From: Trichoplax sp. H2
Taxonomy: Eukaryota
Direction of reading: 5' to 3'
NCBI GenBank assembly: GCA_003344405.1
Contig: NOWV01000168.1
Span: 62,001-126,000 of the forward strand
Length of the DNA stretch: 64,000 nucleotides
The notes beneath the pieces were generated by a model. That model was not told the origin of the DNA. It did not search any database and saw nothing but the letters and a program-made list of their open reading frames with translations. The position numbers and the translations under genes were made by a program. This document shows positions 29,167 to 44,400 of the stretch, one piece after another. Numbering within the stretch: position 1 is the stretch's first letter; every line of letters starts with the position of its first letter.

Positions 29167-32100
29167 CAAAATTGAATGATTTACGCTTTAACTTAGAGGA
29201 AGTTGCCAGGAAGAAATAATAAAGGCAATCGTCGTCATCAAGCCTTTGGCATATCGCCAACCTATTCACATTGAATAAGATTACGATTTTTATACATTAT
29301 CGCTATTGTAGTGAACATGTACGTATTGATATTATTGATGAGTAATTGAAATTCAGTTCTTTCATTTACCGCGGTACCATTCTGATAGAGACGAAGAAGG
29401 AAAGAGTCAAATAAATAGGGTAGTATAAAAGTTGAATAGAGAATGTAGCAGGTGCAAGGCACCAGTCATTCACAAACGCGATCAGCCAGCCAACTTAGTA
29501 TAGATCTATCTCAAAAATATTCATCAACGTTTATTTATATTCTCCACACGGTAGATTAAAAAAGTAGATATTGAAAAAACAACAGACACTATAGAATCTA
29601 CCAATTAGAATGGACAATATATTTACAATAATATTATTACAGGCCGCCCTTTCTTATGGCGATGATGAATCATGCTGAATATTAAATTGAAATTTTCACC
29701 GACACTATGACGACGCAAGAGGAAATAATCATCTTCTTAGCTTTCATATCATTCTTCGACTTGAATTTTTTCATATTAATTTCACAATCTACAAAATATA
29801 GCAGGAAAAGAAAGTATGTACTTTAATGAGTGACTCGAATATAATAATGACCGCTCTATGCTTTTATTTATGTTCATGCTAAGTTAAGAAATATTAATGG
29901 TAGAGTTTATTATTATAGTCCGAAAATTTATAAATTATAGGTCATCAAATATCTACTTGCTCTTACCAAGGCATAATATAAGCTTAATTATGTCCATCAG
30001 ATTCTTATACCTAAATTTTAACAAGTCATCTTTTCTGAATAACTTACCTTTAATGTAGTAGACGATAATTTCACTTCGATTTAGTTCGAATATCTTTCCC
30101 AGTCTTACTAATTTACGAGTATATATGATACAAGTGATCATAAGCAGTAATGGCATTTTTCAATAAAGTTAAAGCTAACTATAAATAATTACAAGATTTA
30201 TGTAGCAGGTAAAGCTTTGACTAACTTTAATGGATTCTTAATCTTTAAATTACGTGACTTATGATATAGCGAGTGTTTCCATTTTTTTATTCAGAATTTT
30301 TAGTAATAAGGTAGACGATACCCAGAAAAATATTACAATAGTATTTAAAATTAACATAAGCCACCGCCATTAGTCTGTGATATTATTAGTCAAGGTTTCA
30401 CTCGACAACACTATCGAACCAAATTCAGAAGTAACTAAAGAAAAACATACGGTATGAATCCTAAAATGTCGTTCTGATCATTTCTATTATTGTACATTGC
30501 ATTCTAGATCGAATTATTATCTCCTCAGCACTACCTAATTTCTAGCATTCGTTGTAATACTCATCAGCATCAAATTATCAAGTATTTCCAGATATATTGA
30601 GTAAGTAGCTATGTAAAATTCTAATTTTAGTACGATAAAAAAGTAAATTGAATTGAAATTTCCGATTAAATGGAAAGCAGACCTAATGAGACCGGTTTAG
30701 CTAGTAAATACTGATTCTGAAATGCATCTTATGCCAAGCACCATGCTATTTACTTGACATTCATATATCTAGATATGACTAAACTGCCCGATTTACGGCA
30801 CTAAATCGCTATTTTGTAGGGGTCCTTAGCCCAGTAGGCAGAGATTTCATTTAAAGTTTCTTTTATGGGTAGTAGTAGCATCGTCAATTAATTAAATTAT
30901 ATGTCAACTACAGAGTTATATCTGCTAGGAGGTTTTTAATATCGAAGATGATCCAAGATCAAGTTTTAATAACATTTTTATCTTTATCCATTCTTAATAT
31001 TATCTACTTGAGGTGTAAAAAGGGAACTATAGTAATTTAACTTGTTGGTAAGTAGAACCATATTCGTCCTACAGAAAGTTATAGTTGGTCTTTTTTTGTT
31101 ACTTTTCTTAACCTTAATCACTAGCTGATAGCTATAAAATCATAATTGATGCAAATCATTATAAAAAGTAAATTGCGAGCTTTTTATTTGATGTTATACT
31201 GCTATACTCGTTTAATTACGATCACAACTGAGTTGATGTTGCCATCTGCAACACAGTAACTCAACGGGTATTCAACAGCATATAATAAGAAATGATAACT
31301 AGAATAGTTGCAAACAGTCAATGCTCTATGTTGTTACATATGAGATGTTATCTGAACGAATATTCAGGTAAAATACTGATCATAAATTATCTCAATCTTA
31401 ATATTGTAACGCTTTTAGGAACGTAGAATGTTCATTGCGCTTGAAAATTTACCAATGTTATTACTCTGATTTCATCAGTCACTAGAAAATTGAAAAATGG
31501 GTTAAAATTCAAATCAGAAATTTATATCTTGATCAGCTCCATAGTAGAATGAAATAAATGTAATAGGCCTTTAGTCGTTAGAAAAATTATTCAACAAAAT
31601 ATGAAATAAGACTTCATGATTTTGATTAGTTATATAGTAAAATAGATACAATAAGCACTTAATCACCTGGAAAATAATTAATCAACAAAAATATAAGTCC
31701 GAAATTTATAATCAGATCAACAAAAAGATAAATTAGATGTAACGGATTATAGCTATACTTGTATTGTTGTGCCCCTCAGGAGTATCAATATCAACGATAC
31801 TTCAGTTATAGCCAAGATCGGTTTTCAATTCATATTCTACTATTAATAGACATAGAAGCTTCCTGCTTAATTAGCTACAATTTAGAGATCGTAAGCCTTA
31901 ACTGTATTTAGATAAGCATTAAAAATTAGCTGTTTTAAATACTAGACGATGCTTTTTATTCTAATACGGCTCTCTGGGATAGTATGAAATATTAATTGAT
32001 TAATTGCTTTCATTTATGGGATCAGTAAAATATTATGCTATTAATCCTTTAAATACCGTAATAGATTATACATATTATTCACTTCACTTTATTGCTTCAA

Positions 32101-35100
32101 AATTATGCTAATCTCGTTGGTTTAATAGCAATTTAGAGTATCAATTGTTGACCAAACTTGGAGCAGGAGAATAGAATAACATTACATAAATATAACATTG
32201 TCTCGCTTAACTTGAGATATCAAAATTATAGCACGTCTCAGCCTTGGCAAATGATGCCAATATCTGACTATTTCAGGAAAGTTGTTTAATACTTATGATA
32301 AAATCATTTATTAATACTATTCACAATCCATAGTACAAGTAAAATAGATATAAAACAAATAGCTTATGCTTGAATATCATTATATTATTACAAGCTTACC
32401 AATATTTAAACTGTAATTTTCATCAATTTTGAAAGGATATCTTCATAATTAATTATCATAATCTGTGGATATGCTGGAGAATAAAACTGAAAAGGCAATC
32501 TTATAGCTGTGATATTTGCTGAAGTGTAAAAAATACTGTAATTTATTTAATATTTTGAATTTTGAGGACTAACAAACTTTATAATAATATTAGTTGGCTA
32601 TAAAATTTATCAAGTTTCATTAATACTTGTGATATGTCAGTCTTCGGACATAATTTTAGAGAATATTATCAAACAGTATACATTAAACTCTAACAAGATG
32701 ACAAATAAATCATAACTTGTACTAAATTAGCTAATTAGCTAATTATTTAGTTTCATAATTTCAAATAACATCTTTTAAATTATGATTACTTATCTAAATA
32801 GGTCAAATATCTTAGAAAAGCCCCATTACATCATTTCTACAATATGTACTTTTAAATGATGTAATACGATGTTGTTTTCTTAAATTATAATATGATTAAA
32901 ATAGAACATTTAATTAAAAATTAGCATTCAATCCAAGGATTACTATTTAAAGAATAATGAGTTTAAGTTAAAGATTCTTATATTGCTCCTTTGATCATAA
33001 AATTGATTAAAGTAAGCATGAAAATTAAAGAGTTAAGTGCAGTTTTACAAGTCTTTATGATATAGTAATATAATTTTTGGATTCTAAAAGTTTAAATATT
33101 TCTTCGACTATGAATAATATTGGAATGTTATATTTAAAGATTACTAATTAATATAATTAATTCTAATTATGTAATTACGTAATGTAATGAATATTTATTT
33201 GGATGTTAACGTTTCAGTAAACTAAACTAAGGTAGTGACCGGCAACATTATGCGGTAGATAAAACTCCTCAATTAATGGCAGTAAAAAACAATAGTAGTA
33301 TCATGATTTCTAGGTTGCTGTAATAGCCATGATGTCACAATACAATAAATTTATAGTGCTAATTATTAATCGCTTAGGTTTATAGTTGGTTTTTAAAAAG
33401 CTATTCTTAGCATTATATTTACATCATGTCGGATCATTGCTAGCATTCAGATCTTTCCGAGAACTAAATTATTAGTCTGTTCAAATGCTATATGACAATT
33501 TATGTTCGTAACTAGCGGCTCTAGTTTATTTGGAATGTCGGTTTGAAATTGTATTAAACCATTACTACTTCCAGTACATCTTAAATGATTTGAAAGCAAT
33601 AGTCTTTAACTAACCTAATTAGCTAATTAGATAATATTTAATCGCTTTATATTCATAACCAATGACTAGAATTCATTCTTGGTTATAGTTTACATAATAC
33701 CCTATCGTTAGTACTATCGTATTCTTCAATTTGCTTACCTATTTGTTCAATTCCTATCTGATCATATTACAATTACGATAACGTCTATTATAATTATAAG
33801 AGTATAATCTTGATAATATTTTAAAACTAGGTCGTATGATAAACCATTATTTCTATCCATTTTTACTGATTTATTTAAAATCTACCCTCATTCCATTTAT
33901 CCAAATATTGAAATTGTTTCCCAGTTATACACTACATTTGAGGCGGATATTATTCGAAGATGTACTATACTACGAAATATACTTTATCGTAAATATACTT
34001 ATTCTAACAGATCTAATTATCACATATTCGTAATTAGCATCTACAATTTATTCTTGGTAAGAATTTAGAATTTTTCTCGTATCATTTGCTATCTACCTAT
34101 TTTTTTTACTTCTTAATTGATATAAAAATAGATCTTTAATTTAATTCTCAAATGGTATTTAATTGTTTTATAGTCTTGATTATTACTTACAGATGAGTCT
34201 TGATGCACATATTATCTGACAACATACCTTATTACGAGTATGCATACTCTTCTATTCCAATGACGATATATCAAGCTACTTATTTAAAAGAAGTTTAATT
34301 GTTTTATATTCATAACTAGCAGCTATAATTTATTGCTGAAATTTTTACTTATCACACGCTATATTCTTACTAGTCATCAGAATTTCCAGTTTAATATGAA
34401 ATAGACTCTCATTCGAAGTCTCCAATGATATTTAAAAGTTATATGTCCATAATTGGTACCCATAATATAATTTTCCTCTGTCTTTTTTAATTGATGTAGA
34501 TACTGATCGTCTCTTGCTATTTCAATATGAGATTGTTTTCAATTCATGATTAACTTACATCCATAATTTTGTCTACGGACTTGAAGATTCATTGCATACC
34601 ATAGCTTTTCTCTTGTGCCTATTATATATAAATTATGTCCTCAATCGATCTCTATCCAAATAATATTATCTTAAGGATAATAGATACGGTTGTTTTTATT
34701 AAATAGGATAATATCGAACTGCTCGACTTCCTCAATCCTAGAAAAATTTCTTTGTTATTTAAATTGACAAATTATCTCAACGTTGATATTCAGCAGTAAT
34801 ACGATTTTTATATTCTTTCATGTCAGTTGCTTTAATTTACATTTGTATAGATGTTTACTATTTTACAAAATAGCCTTGAATCTTTTATTATCTAAGTATT
34901 GATGATACAGACAACAAATGTCCTTTGGTTCCAAATAATATACCGAGCGATAATCAACATTGAACCTTAAGGGGTTAAAAATAAAATATAAGGCTGCCCT
35001 GTTATTCAATCCTCGTTAGGAATTTCACACTTAACGTAAAAATAACAGCCATCACAATCATTAATATAATAAATCAAACTCGTAGTTAATATTCATTTTG

Positions 35101-35427
35101 ATGACTGATCAATAAAGTGTAATGTTTTGACTTTACCCTTTCTTTTAAAATTCAACATTCTATACTATTTAAATCAATACTATCGTGTTTTAAGATAATC
35201 GGGTAGGAATAAACTGCGTTATTTTGTCTTATTTGTTTAGTTTTATCTCATTCTCATATTGGAATCATTTACAATCATTTTACAGTATTGCAGACAGAAA
35301 TTGCTTAAAGTAGAAACTACCTACTTATCGCCAATCAGCTAAGTTCAATTAATACTATCCTCTCTTTCATTCGTAGAGCTTATCGAACTAGTAGGAAAAA
35401 CAATCGGTTAAACATCTAGAAATTAAC

Positions 35428-38400
35428 ATGGCTGCAAGTTTACCGATGGAAAAGGATCCAAAGCAAGCATTAGAAGTTTATCGACAATGGAAAGACCAAG
35501 GCACTAATGAATCATGTTCTATCGGCCAATTAATAACTCAACGCCGTTCTGCAGTTATTTATGAAGATTTTATTCCTATTTGCCAAGATTTACTTGATTT
35601 CTGTCAATTATGTTATAAAAGCTTAACAGATGATTGCCAAATTAATTCAAGTTATTATCAACCGAGAGTCAACAAAATTATTCAATTAATAGAAGAGCTA
35701 TATCGGATTATGCTAAATTTATGCCAAGTAGAGCAAGCCATTCTTCAAATTCAACAGGAAAATTCTGCGGCAGCAATCGATCTACAAGCAGTAGCATTAC
35801 TAAAAGATCACAAAGATACTGATAGCGTTCCGTGGGGTAAGAAAACGTTGAAATATATCATGGATAGAATCTAATTATATTCAGTCGTTTTTACTTTCGT
35901 TTTAGCGATCTTTCCGGAAATTTATGATCCGATGCAATTTTTGTTTTTTGTTACCAATATAGCTGCTTTGATAACTGAGTAAAGGACTAACTAATAATAA
36001 TGCTATTACTCCAATCTTATCAATCAAGTTTTACGATTATAGTTTATTAGGATTATTTAAATACCGAGAAAAGAATTCGATGAGTCTATCTTAATTGTAT
36101 CTCCAACTAAATCGAACTTTATAAAACCCATTTTCTTGATTCGTATATCAGCTTTACATACTAACTTAGAATTAATTTATGTAATGGAATTTCAACGAGA
36201 TAGAAATGATGCAATTCATCATCAACAGTCTAGTATTTATTGATTATGGGACTGTCTAATTTTTATTGATTAACTTTAATGCTGGCCTTTTTTACCCTTT
36301 ATAAGATTGCTCAACAATCTCCCAAAATTCTATCGATCAAAGAACCTTAATCAGAATTAACATAGACTCTTAATTTCCTATATTAAATCCCATATTGTAT
36401 TTTTTGTATGCAAAATTATTGTTGTAAAGTTGTTTAAACTCCTACTTTTAGTTCAAAATTGATTAGCATTGTACTAGTTCTGGCTGATATATTGAAGATA
36501 CAGCGGTAATATAAGTTTCCTGTAGGACTAGAAAAACTATTTTACGAATAGATTAGAGAATATAGATGTGAATGAAAGGTAGGTTGTTAATTTATTCCAT
36601 TAATTTTGAACTTACTTAGCTGATATCCATTTTAATGTAAACGAGTGACTTATCAAATAATAACTTTTTTAAATAGTGAAAATTTTATTTATTAATAAGC
36701 TCAGAGCTATATGGTGATTTATTCCAACCCTTTACAGTATAAATTGAGTAAATGGCTAAGGCATTAAAAGATAGCATAAGAATCCAGAATAGTTCACACA
36801 ATGTCATAAAATTGGTGTCAATATACACTAAAATGATTAACTAAAAAGGATTAAGTTTGCACTTTACTTTTGGTAGGTGTTAAGCTATATAATTTATCAT
36901 CGTTTATCACAAAAATGACTGGTACTAAAGGGAATCTTATGGATTAGCATAAATATCAGGTGGAATTTGTGTCCGATATACTAAAAGAATCCAATCCAAT
37001 CTGGTTCATTTATCACTTTATACATCATATGTGTTTACGCATCGTAGAAATCGATAAAATTTCTCTATTGCTGGCTAGCACAGATTCTAACTAGTAAGGC
37101 TTAAATATCTCCTAAAATTACTGCATATCTGAATAAATTCAGCAGAATTTCCCTATTACAGAGATAGATATAGGATTGAATTGAGTGCACTACTTATAAA
37201 TTACCGACAAAGAATATTCTAATAAAAAATCTACGAAGTTTTTCCTGCTGCCGACATGACACTAGATTAAATCTAATAAGCACTGCTTGAAATCTCAGAG
37301 AGTTAAGGATTGATGGAAATGATATTTGATCACTCACATAGAATATCAAATAATTAGACAAAGTTAAGGATTAATTGATCGTTGATTAATAATTTCATAG
37401 ATATACAACTTTACGTGTATTTTAAAAGGTTAAATTTTGTGTAGATATATCTATTTCCCTCGTTTTATTTATTACTACTTCCGAATAAGTCTAACGGAGC
37501 TTCCTATTACAGATATTGATATAGGACTGAATTTAGTATATTACAATACTTATGAATTACTGATAAGGAATATCGTAAATAAAATCCATAAAGCTTTCCC
37601 ACTGATTACATAGCAATGATGGCATTGGATTAAATCTAGTATGCGTTTCCTGAAATTCTTAACGGTTAAGGGTTGATTGTTCAATAATTATAATTAGACG
37701 AAGTTAAGGATTAAACGATCGTTGATTAATAACCTCCTAGGTGAACAACTTTGTTTTAAAGGTTCAATTTTATGTAGAGCCATTTCACTTCTCTAGTTGC
37801 ATTTACTGCTACTTTATGCTTCAGGCAATAATTGAATAATTACTTAACATTATTAAAAATATTAGAATAGAAAATAAACGGAATAAATGGTAGGTCTTTA
37901 GTTCTAGCATTCGAGTAATGAATCTAATAAAGTTGTAAAGGTATAACATATAATTATAATATGGTTGCAAATTGATTACTCTTTCATGAATTCTGTGATG
38001 ACTATGACAATATTATGCTATAGTCTCCTTAACTATCAGATCTTTCCATAATCTACTATTATTACGGAAGGCTCTAATCTATTGTAGCCTAACTCCTTGT
38101 TAGATATTCTACGCCAATAATTGATATTTTATATTGTTATATACTGCATCTTCGTGGAGCTTTTATATTGTTGGATATCCTGTCATGGGCACCAGGTCAT
38201 CTTAATTACAGTTTTCTGATTGACATAAAGTACATAGAATAATCTATTGCTGTATAAGTACAGATAAATTCCTTTAGGAATATCCCATTAAGCGTTGGAG
38301 ATTATGATAATTTATTATGGTATATAAATTGATGGATAAATATTGCTATCTCTTATGAAGCTAACAATTGCATCCTGATCTACGATATCGATGAAGGTTA

Positions 38401-41400
38401 TGATATTATAGGGATATTATGATGGAGGATATTTAGGGTTTTATGCTATGAGATAGGATCGATTTTATTAATTGATCACTGCTTGAAAAATATCCTCGAT
38501 ACCCTGAATACTATTCTAACTCAATAGTAAATTCAATTTACTCAACTTAAAAGGCATTCTGTATCCATTACGATATTACTGGATTAAGTCAATCTTCTTG
38601 GCTAGAAACTGTCCAACTAGTAAATCGAACTAGTTGCATTAATGAATAGCGTAATACTATCAGAAGAGTATCGACCTACAGAGAAAGTAGGAGATTATAA
38701 AGGCAAATAAATGCCTACTCGATACAGCTTTATTAATCACCATTTCAATTTTAAATGACGTAGATTGTATAGCTGATGGATTCGATATTTATTTTAGCAA
38801 TGAATAGCATGATATTATCAGTACAAATCTATGCATAAGTAGTAGAAATTTAAGGCAAGAAAGTGCATACTCAACACAGCTTTACTTTTCTATCGTCATT
38901 TTAATTTAAAACTGATGGATTCGATATATATATTTAGCCACGGATAGCATGATACTGTTATTGCAGTATCGATCTATGCACAAAGAGTAGATAAATTAAT
39001 TAAGGCAAATAAGTGCATACTCAACGCAGCAATAATAATCTTGATTCTATTTAGGTATAATAGATGAAATTTATCACCATGAAATTGCCGGTAAAACCAT
39101 CAGTTTAGCAGCATCGACATTACCGCCGTTGATCGATACCGTAAGCCAAGAATTAAGCAAAGATGTAGTGAAGAAAATTATTGAAACTATTCAACGATTA
39201 ACTTGGAAAATGGAAGCTGCAGTTGAATGCGAAAACGGCGATAGCCCAGTGATTCATTCCATCATTTTCACGCCAGTTAGGCAACAACAATTAGATTGGG
39301 CTATGCTTCCTGAGCCATCTTGTGGCAGCAGTAGGCAATCTGGTCTACGAAGTAGTTTTCATTTATCATTGCCTTATCCAACGGATGATATTAGCGGAAA
39401 AGGTGATATCCTGACATCGCAGCCACCTTTATTAGATCCAAATCATGTCGCTAATACCGATGGCCTTCCCGATCCAGCAAATTTATCCATCACATCCGAC
39501 GAGAAAAGCTCCAACCATAGCAAGCAAGATACGACTATTCAGCCTCCCAGTGTTGCTATAGCTGATCGATCTACTATTGTAAATCATGATGACGATGATC
39601 GTAATCGATCAACAGATCAAAATGAGACTTTTTCTGACAGTCATCAAGAACAGATACGTAGCTGTCATGATGTCCCATCTGCCACTCGATTACAAGGAAA
39701 TAACGAAGATTTATCAGCTCATATTCTTCCTTGTAACATCAACATTAACAAGAAGAAAAGTTTAGACAAAGTTATCGATACAAAAGAATTGAAATTACCA
39801 CCAGAAAGCGAAGTTGCAGATCCACCTTTAAGCCCTATCTGCCATCCTAGAATCCCTAGTATCATCCTAATGAAACAAAGTTCTAGCTTAGATGTGGTGC
39901 AATCAGTCTCTGGCAATGGCAAAGTATCCAACGAATTCAACATCACTTCCGATGATATAGATAGTAATTCACCGACTTATATCCATAATAGAACCTGTTC
40001 CTTCGATTCTGTTCATGCTAATCATGTCTTGACATTAGCTCGTGATAATTCAATGTCTAAAGTGATGGAGAATAATAACAAGTTGACCTATCGAAAAATT
40101 GGCCGTGAAAAATATTTAACCCTAAGACCGCTATCGGATGTGCGCTCATCGGCAGTCATGACCCAAGAAGATTTGACCAAATTAGGCTTAAAAGTGGACC
40201 TATTAGGACAAGTGGATAGCCAATCGATCGATAACGAGATTAATAAGACTACAACGACGTTAGATATTAATACATCCACTGTTTTTCGACAAAGTTGTGC
40301 CGATATGGTACAATTATTCAGCTCACGGAAGCAATTAAGCCGCGTTAACGATGATGTCGAACCGCCAACAATGAAACGAATGAGTTATCATTCCAGCCAG
40401 GAATTAACTATACCGCTTATTATTCATAAAGATTCTATAGAATCACAGAAAGAAGAAGAGAAAGAGGAAGAGAAAAGCCAAGACAAAGAAGGGAAAAAAA
40501 ATCTACAACTAGAAATTAGTCAGCCTCAATCGGAAGAATCCAAGCTACCTGCTGTTGACCAGGACATGGGCGAATCCCCCAAGCAATTATCGGTTTCATT
40601 ATCGGATAACACGGATAAATTAATTGCCAGTATTTCACAGATACAAGAAAATTTACAAGTCCTAAAACAAGGTAGAATTAGACTTCATTTTTCATTTCTA
40701 TGTTGTGTCGTAATTTAATTTTGCCTACAAGCAATCAGTAGCTGTCAGAAATATTTAGATTAGACAGGATTATAGGATAGTAGCAATCAATGAACCATAC
40801 AGTATTTCGTTGAGAAAGTACCAAATCATATTAGCTCATGGATTATAAATTATTTATTGAACAGATTTATGGATTACTGTTTGCGTAGATTACGTACAAT
40901 TCTCTACCTAGGCCATTTCTAGAATAATGTTATAGAATCCTACACGACTTGGAAGATTCATCATGAATTTGATGTACTGTCCAATATTATTACCATTTTA
41001 ACCCATGATGACAATAACAATCAAAAATCTATCATGGCTGTTCATCTTGCTCTCAAATATTATTTTATATGATTAGATGTGAATTGATTTGCGAACATAT
41101 TACTATAATCCACCCTCTCAATTCAAAATGCCTAATGGAAATGGACTATATCCATTAATTTATTACCTATCATAGACATGCTCTTTAATTTAAACTAAGA
41201 TACCGAGTTATACGCGTACATATTCAGCCAGTATACGATATGGTTATTCAATTCTTATTTTCCGTTATAGCATCAGTTTCTATAATGATCAAATCGAAAT
41301 TGTTGAACGCCATAGTTTAGCAATTTTGATTAACAACAGCTTCATTGTAGCTTTAACCAGGGTAGTAAATGAATATATAGTTCGAATAGAATACCTAAAT

Positions 41401-44400
41401 GATTTGCAATGTTAGTTTCCGCGTTGGTTGAATAGGATATATTTTGAAGTCCGTATATTTCGACCACAATAGTTTACTAATCAAAATTACCATCAACAAC
41501 TTAAATATTGGTTTTAACCTGGATAGGGAATGATATGCATCGAGCCTCGTTGTGTGAGATATAGCTGTGCAATCCTATTTCCAATAATGGTTCGATTTTA
41601 TGATACACAGGGTAATATTATCCAATTAGAATCATCGAGTATGGTAGTTTATTAGCCATAGTAGATAGTAGTTTTATTTATACCAGGACGGTCATCAATC
41701 ATGCTTTGTGATAAAGTAAATGTCGTGACACTTAGGAAACAGAAAATAGTAGAAAATCGAACCTAACTCACTATACTGTCCTCGAGTCTAAATCACAGCG
41801 AGACCGTAAAAATACCTTATTCTTTAGAACGTATAATTCAAAGCTAACAGAAAAGTGCCTACGGAACATTTGCATAGAAATCAGTTTGAAGACAAGTTTA
41901 CTGAGGATTACTAGAATGAAATTAAATGTTTAACTATTTCAACTGCCTTACACTCGTTTAGTGATATAGTTCTAGTATTTTAGCCTATTTCTCTACCAAA
42001 TAAAGCTTACCCTTATCTGCGTTACTTTATTTTAAATGCTTTTAAATTCATTTTATTAATTGATAATGGCTTCAAATATTCATATGAATCTGAATATTAA
42101 TTAAAAATCACATGCGGGCTAATATCAATTAAAGTGGGGTGTAGTTGTATGAACTTTATTTACTAGGAGTATTGGTAATTGAAAATCATCCAATCAATTT
42201 TTTCTACTATTATGTAAACTAGAGTTAACGATAGCCTCTAATTTAGCTGTAACCAAGATACTAAGTTTTTTTTACAATTGATCTAGAATATGAATGTACA
42301 TTTAACGTCTGTAGTGGTAACAGTTTAAAAATAAAGCATTTTTGGCTTGTTGTTGAAATTTTTAGATACTCCTTTGCAATTAAGTGTCACGCCAATATCT
42401 GTACGAAGTATGGGTAACTTTTCCAATATTTTGCAGCGTGCTCTACCTAAAAAAGTTGGCCAATCTGTATTTAAACATCGCTTTATCGTATACGAAATTA
42501 AAGTAACGACAATCTTGCCAGGGGTAAGTTCTACTTTATATTAATTATTATATATTTCTTGCACCCCACCTAACTGGACAGTTAAGATAGTTATAAGGTT
42601 TCCATATAATAAGCTATCAATGAATTGACATTTGTAAATACTGAAGACTACTAGCTGCATTCTTTTATCGCCCTAGTCTATAGCTTTATTATCATCCTAA
42701 CCTTAATTTGTTGGAAAATTTTATTAGAAATAATCGATCGAAACTCAATGACGTAACAATTAATAATTATGAATAATCTAAATAATTGATGATCCCAGCT
42801 ATTAAAATGTATAATGACGAAGATAGCAATCATGACGCCTATATAGAAATACAAATTCGTATTGGATAGGATAGGCTACTCCAACAGAACGGAATTAACA
42901 GTATAGTACCTTTCAACATTCAGTGGATGGAACTAAAGCTATGCTATAAACAGCATTTGTTTGCGGTAGTCATGGATGTTATTCGACATCGTCGTCAGTT
43001 CGTGGGATTTTAATCCAAAACAACAGTGCCATTCGATATATAAAAACCATGATTTAAAAAGTAGTCAAGTTAAGCTGTAGTTTATCGATTTATAATATGA
43101 TTATTTAAAGCAATCAGCGATAAAATAGAAGAATATTTCGTTCCCTTGCTTCTTACAACCGCTGAACAGAGTGTTTAATGGAATTATGGAAAGTATACAG
43201 TAGAATGAATAGAAGCACCGTCGCTTACAAGCGGTAACTAAATAAACAACAGTATTCTACTAAATGAAAGGACCAAATTGTATTTCATAAGATAAGCAGT
43301 GGTCCTAATTTATGTTAATTAAGGATATAATTTATGTACGATGACTCAATGGAGGTAATTAACTAGCATACAAAGCATTGAATATGAGTCATGCTCAATT
43401 AATTCGCCATTAAAGAATCAATATATTGTAAACATAATAGTCTTTAAATGTCCATAAAGTACTTTTAAGCGAAGCCATTGCTTGTACAGTACTTTAGACG
43501 AGGATTGATGAAATCTAGTCTCTATATTAGCCATACAAAAGTTCTACTGTGCTCGTTATCAACATTATTCTTATTTATTAAAGCGGTATCATCCTTACAT
43601 AACACAGAAAATTTTCTTTTTGAGATCATTTGTACCATTTTTTAACCCCTTTGATTGCACGTTATGATTTCCAAATTCATAAATTGAGTACAATTTAGCA
43701 GAATAATATAAATTTCAATATCATCAGTATAATCTCAACAATAACAAATCAGTTTTGTATTCGGTGAGGTAAATAGTGAAAGAGTCGATAGGATACTAGA
43801 GTAAAAAAAGCTCCATCCGTTGTCAATTTGTCATGGTTACAGAGAAAATCAGATAGGAGCTGGATAGTTGATAACATTTTAAATTTAGTTCAATCTTAAA
43901 ATCTTGAGCTATATCTAGATAGAATGAAGCGGAAATTGAATTGATTAACTTATTAATGCTATCGCTATGCAATATACCATCGCATAGTATGTAATAGCAA
44001 GAAAAAAGTAACTTGACTAATCGATCATCTCAATCGATTTATGATTACGTCTGACTTTATCTCCACGATCGTCATTAATTTAATATATGCTATCGCGTTG
44101 ACTATCTACATCTGCCGCTTGTTATAAGTTCAATTGAATCTTTCTTTAATAGATGTAATGAGAAGAATCTTAGGCTGCAGTAATAAAGTTACGACAATAG
44201 ATTACTTATTGCATAACAATATCTCGTGACCAACATCTGTCAATAATTAAGTAGTCCGTATCGCGTCTACTGACAAGTTTACCAGTCTGCTGACATAGAT
44301 ACCGTAATGGAATGCTATGGATTCCGAATAACATTAAAATAGTTGAAAATCAAATCAACATTGCAGATGACTATTTCGATTCTCTAAATTGACTTGTAAT

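Noticed and set aside
11054-34033. Numerous 60-100 aa ORFs in the ORF track
   Set aside because: I/L/F/Y-rich chance ORFs of AT-rich DNA; only the 16533 and 16858 ORFs carry recognisable (pseudogene) motifs.
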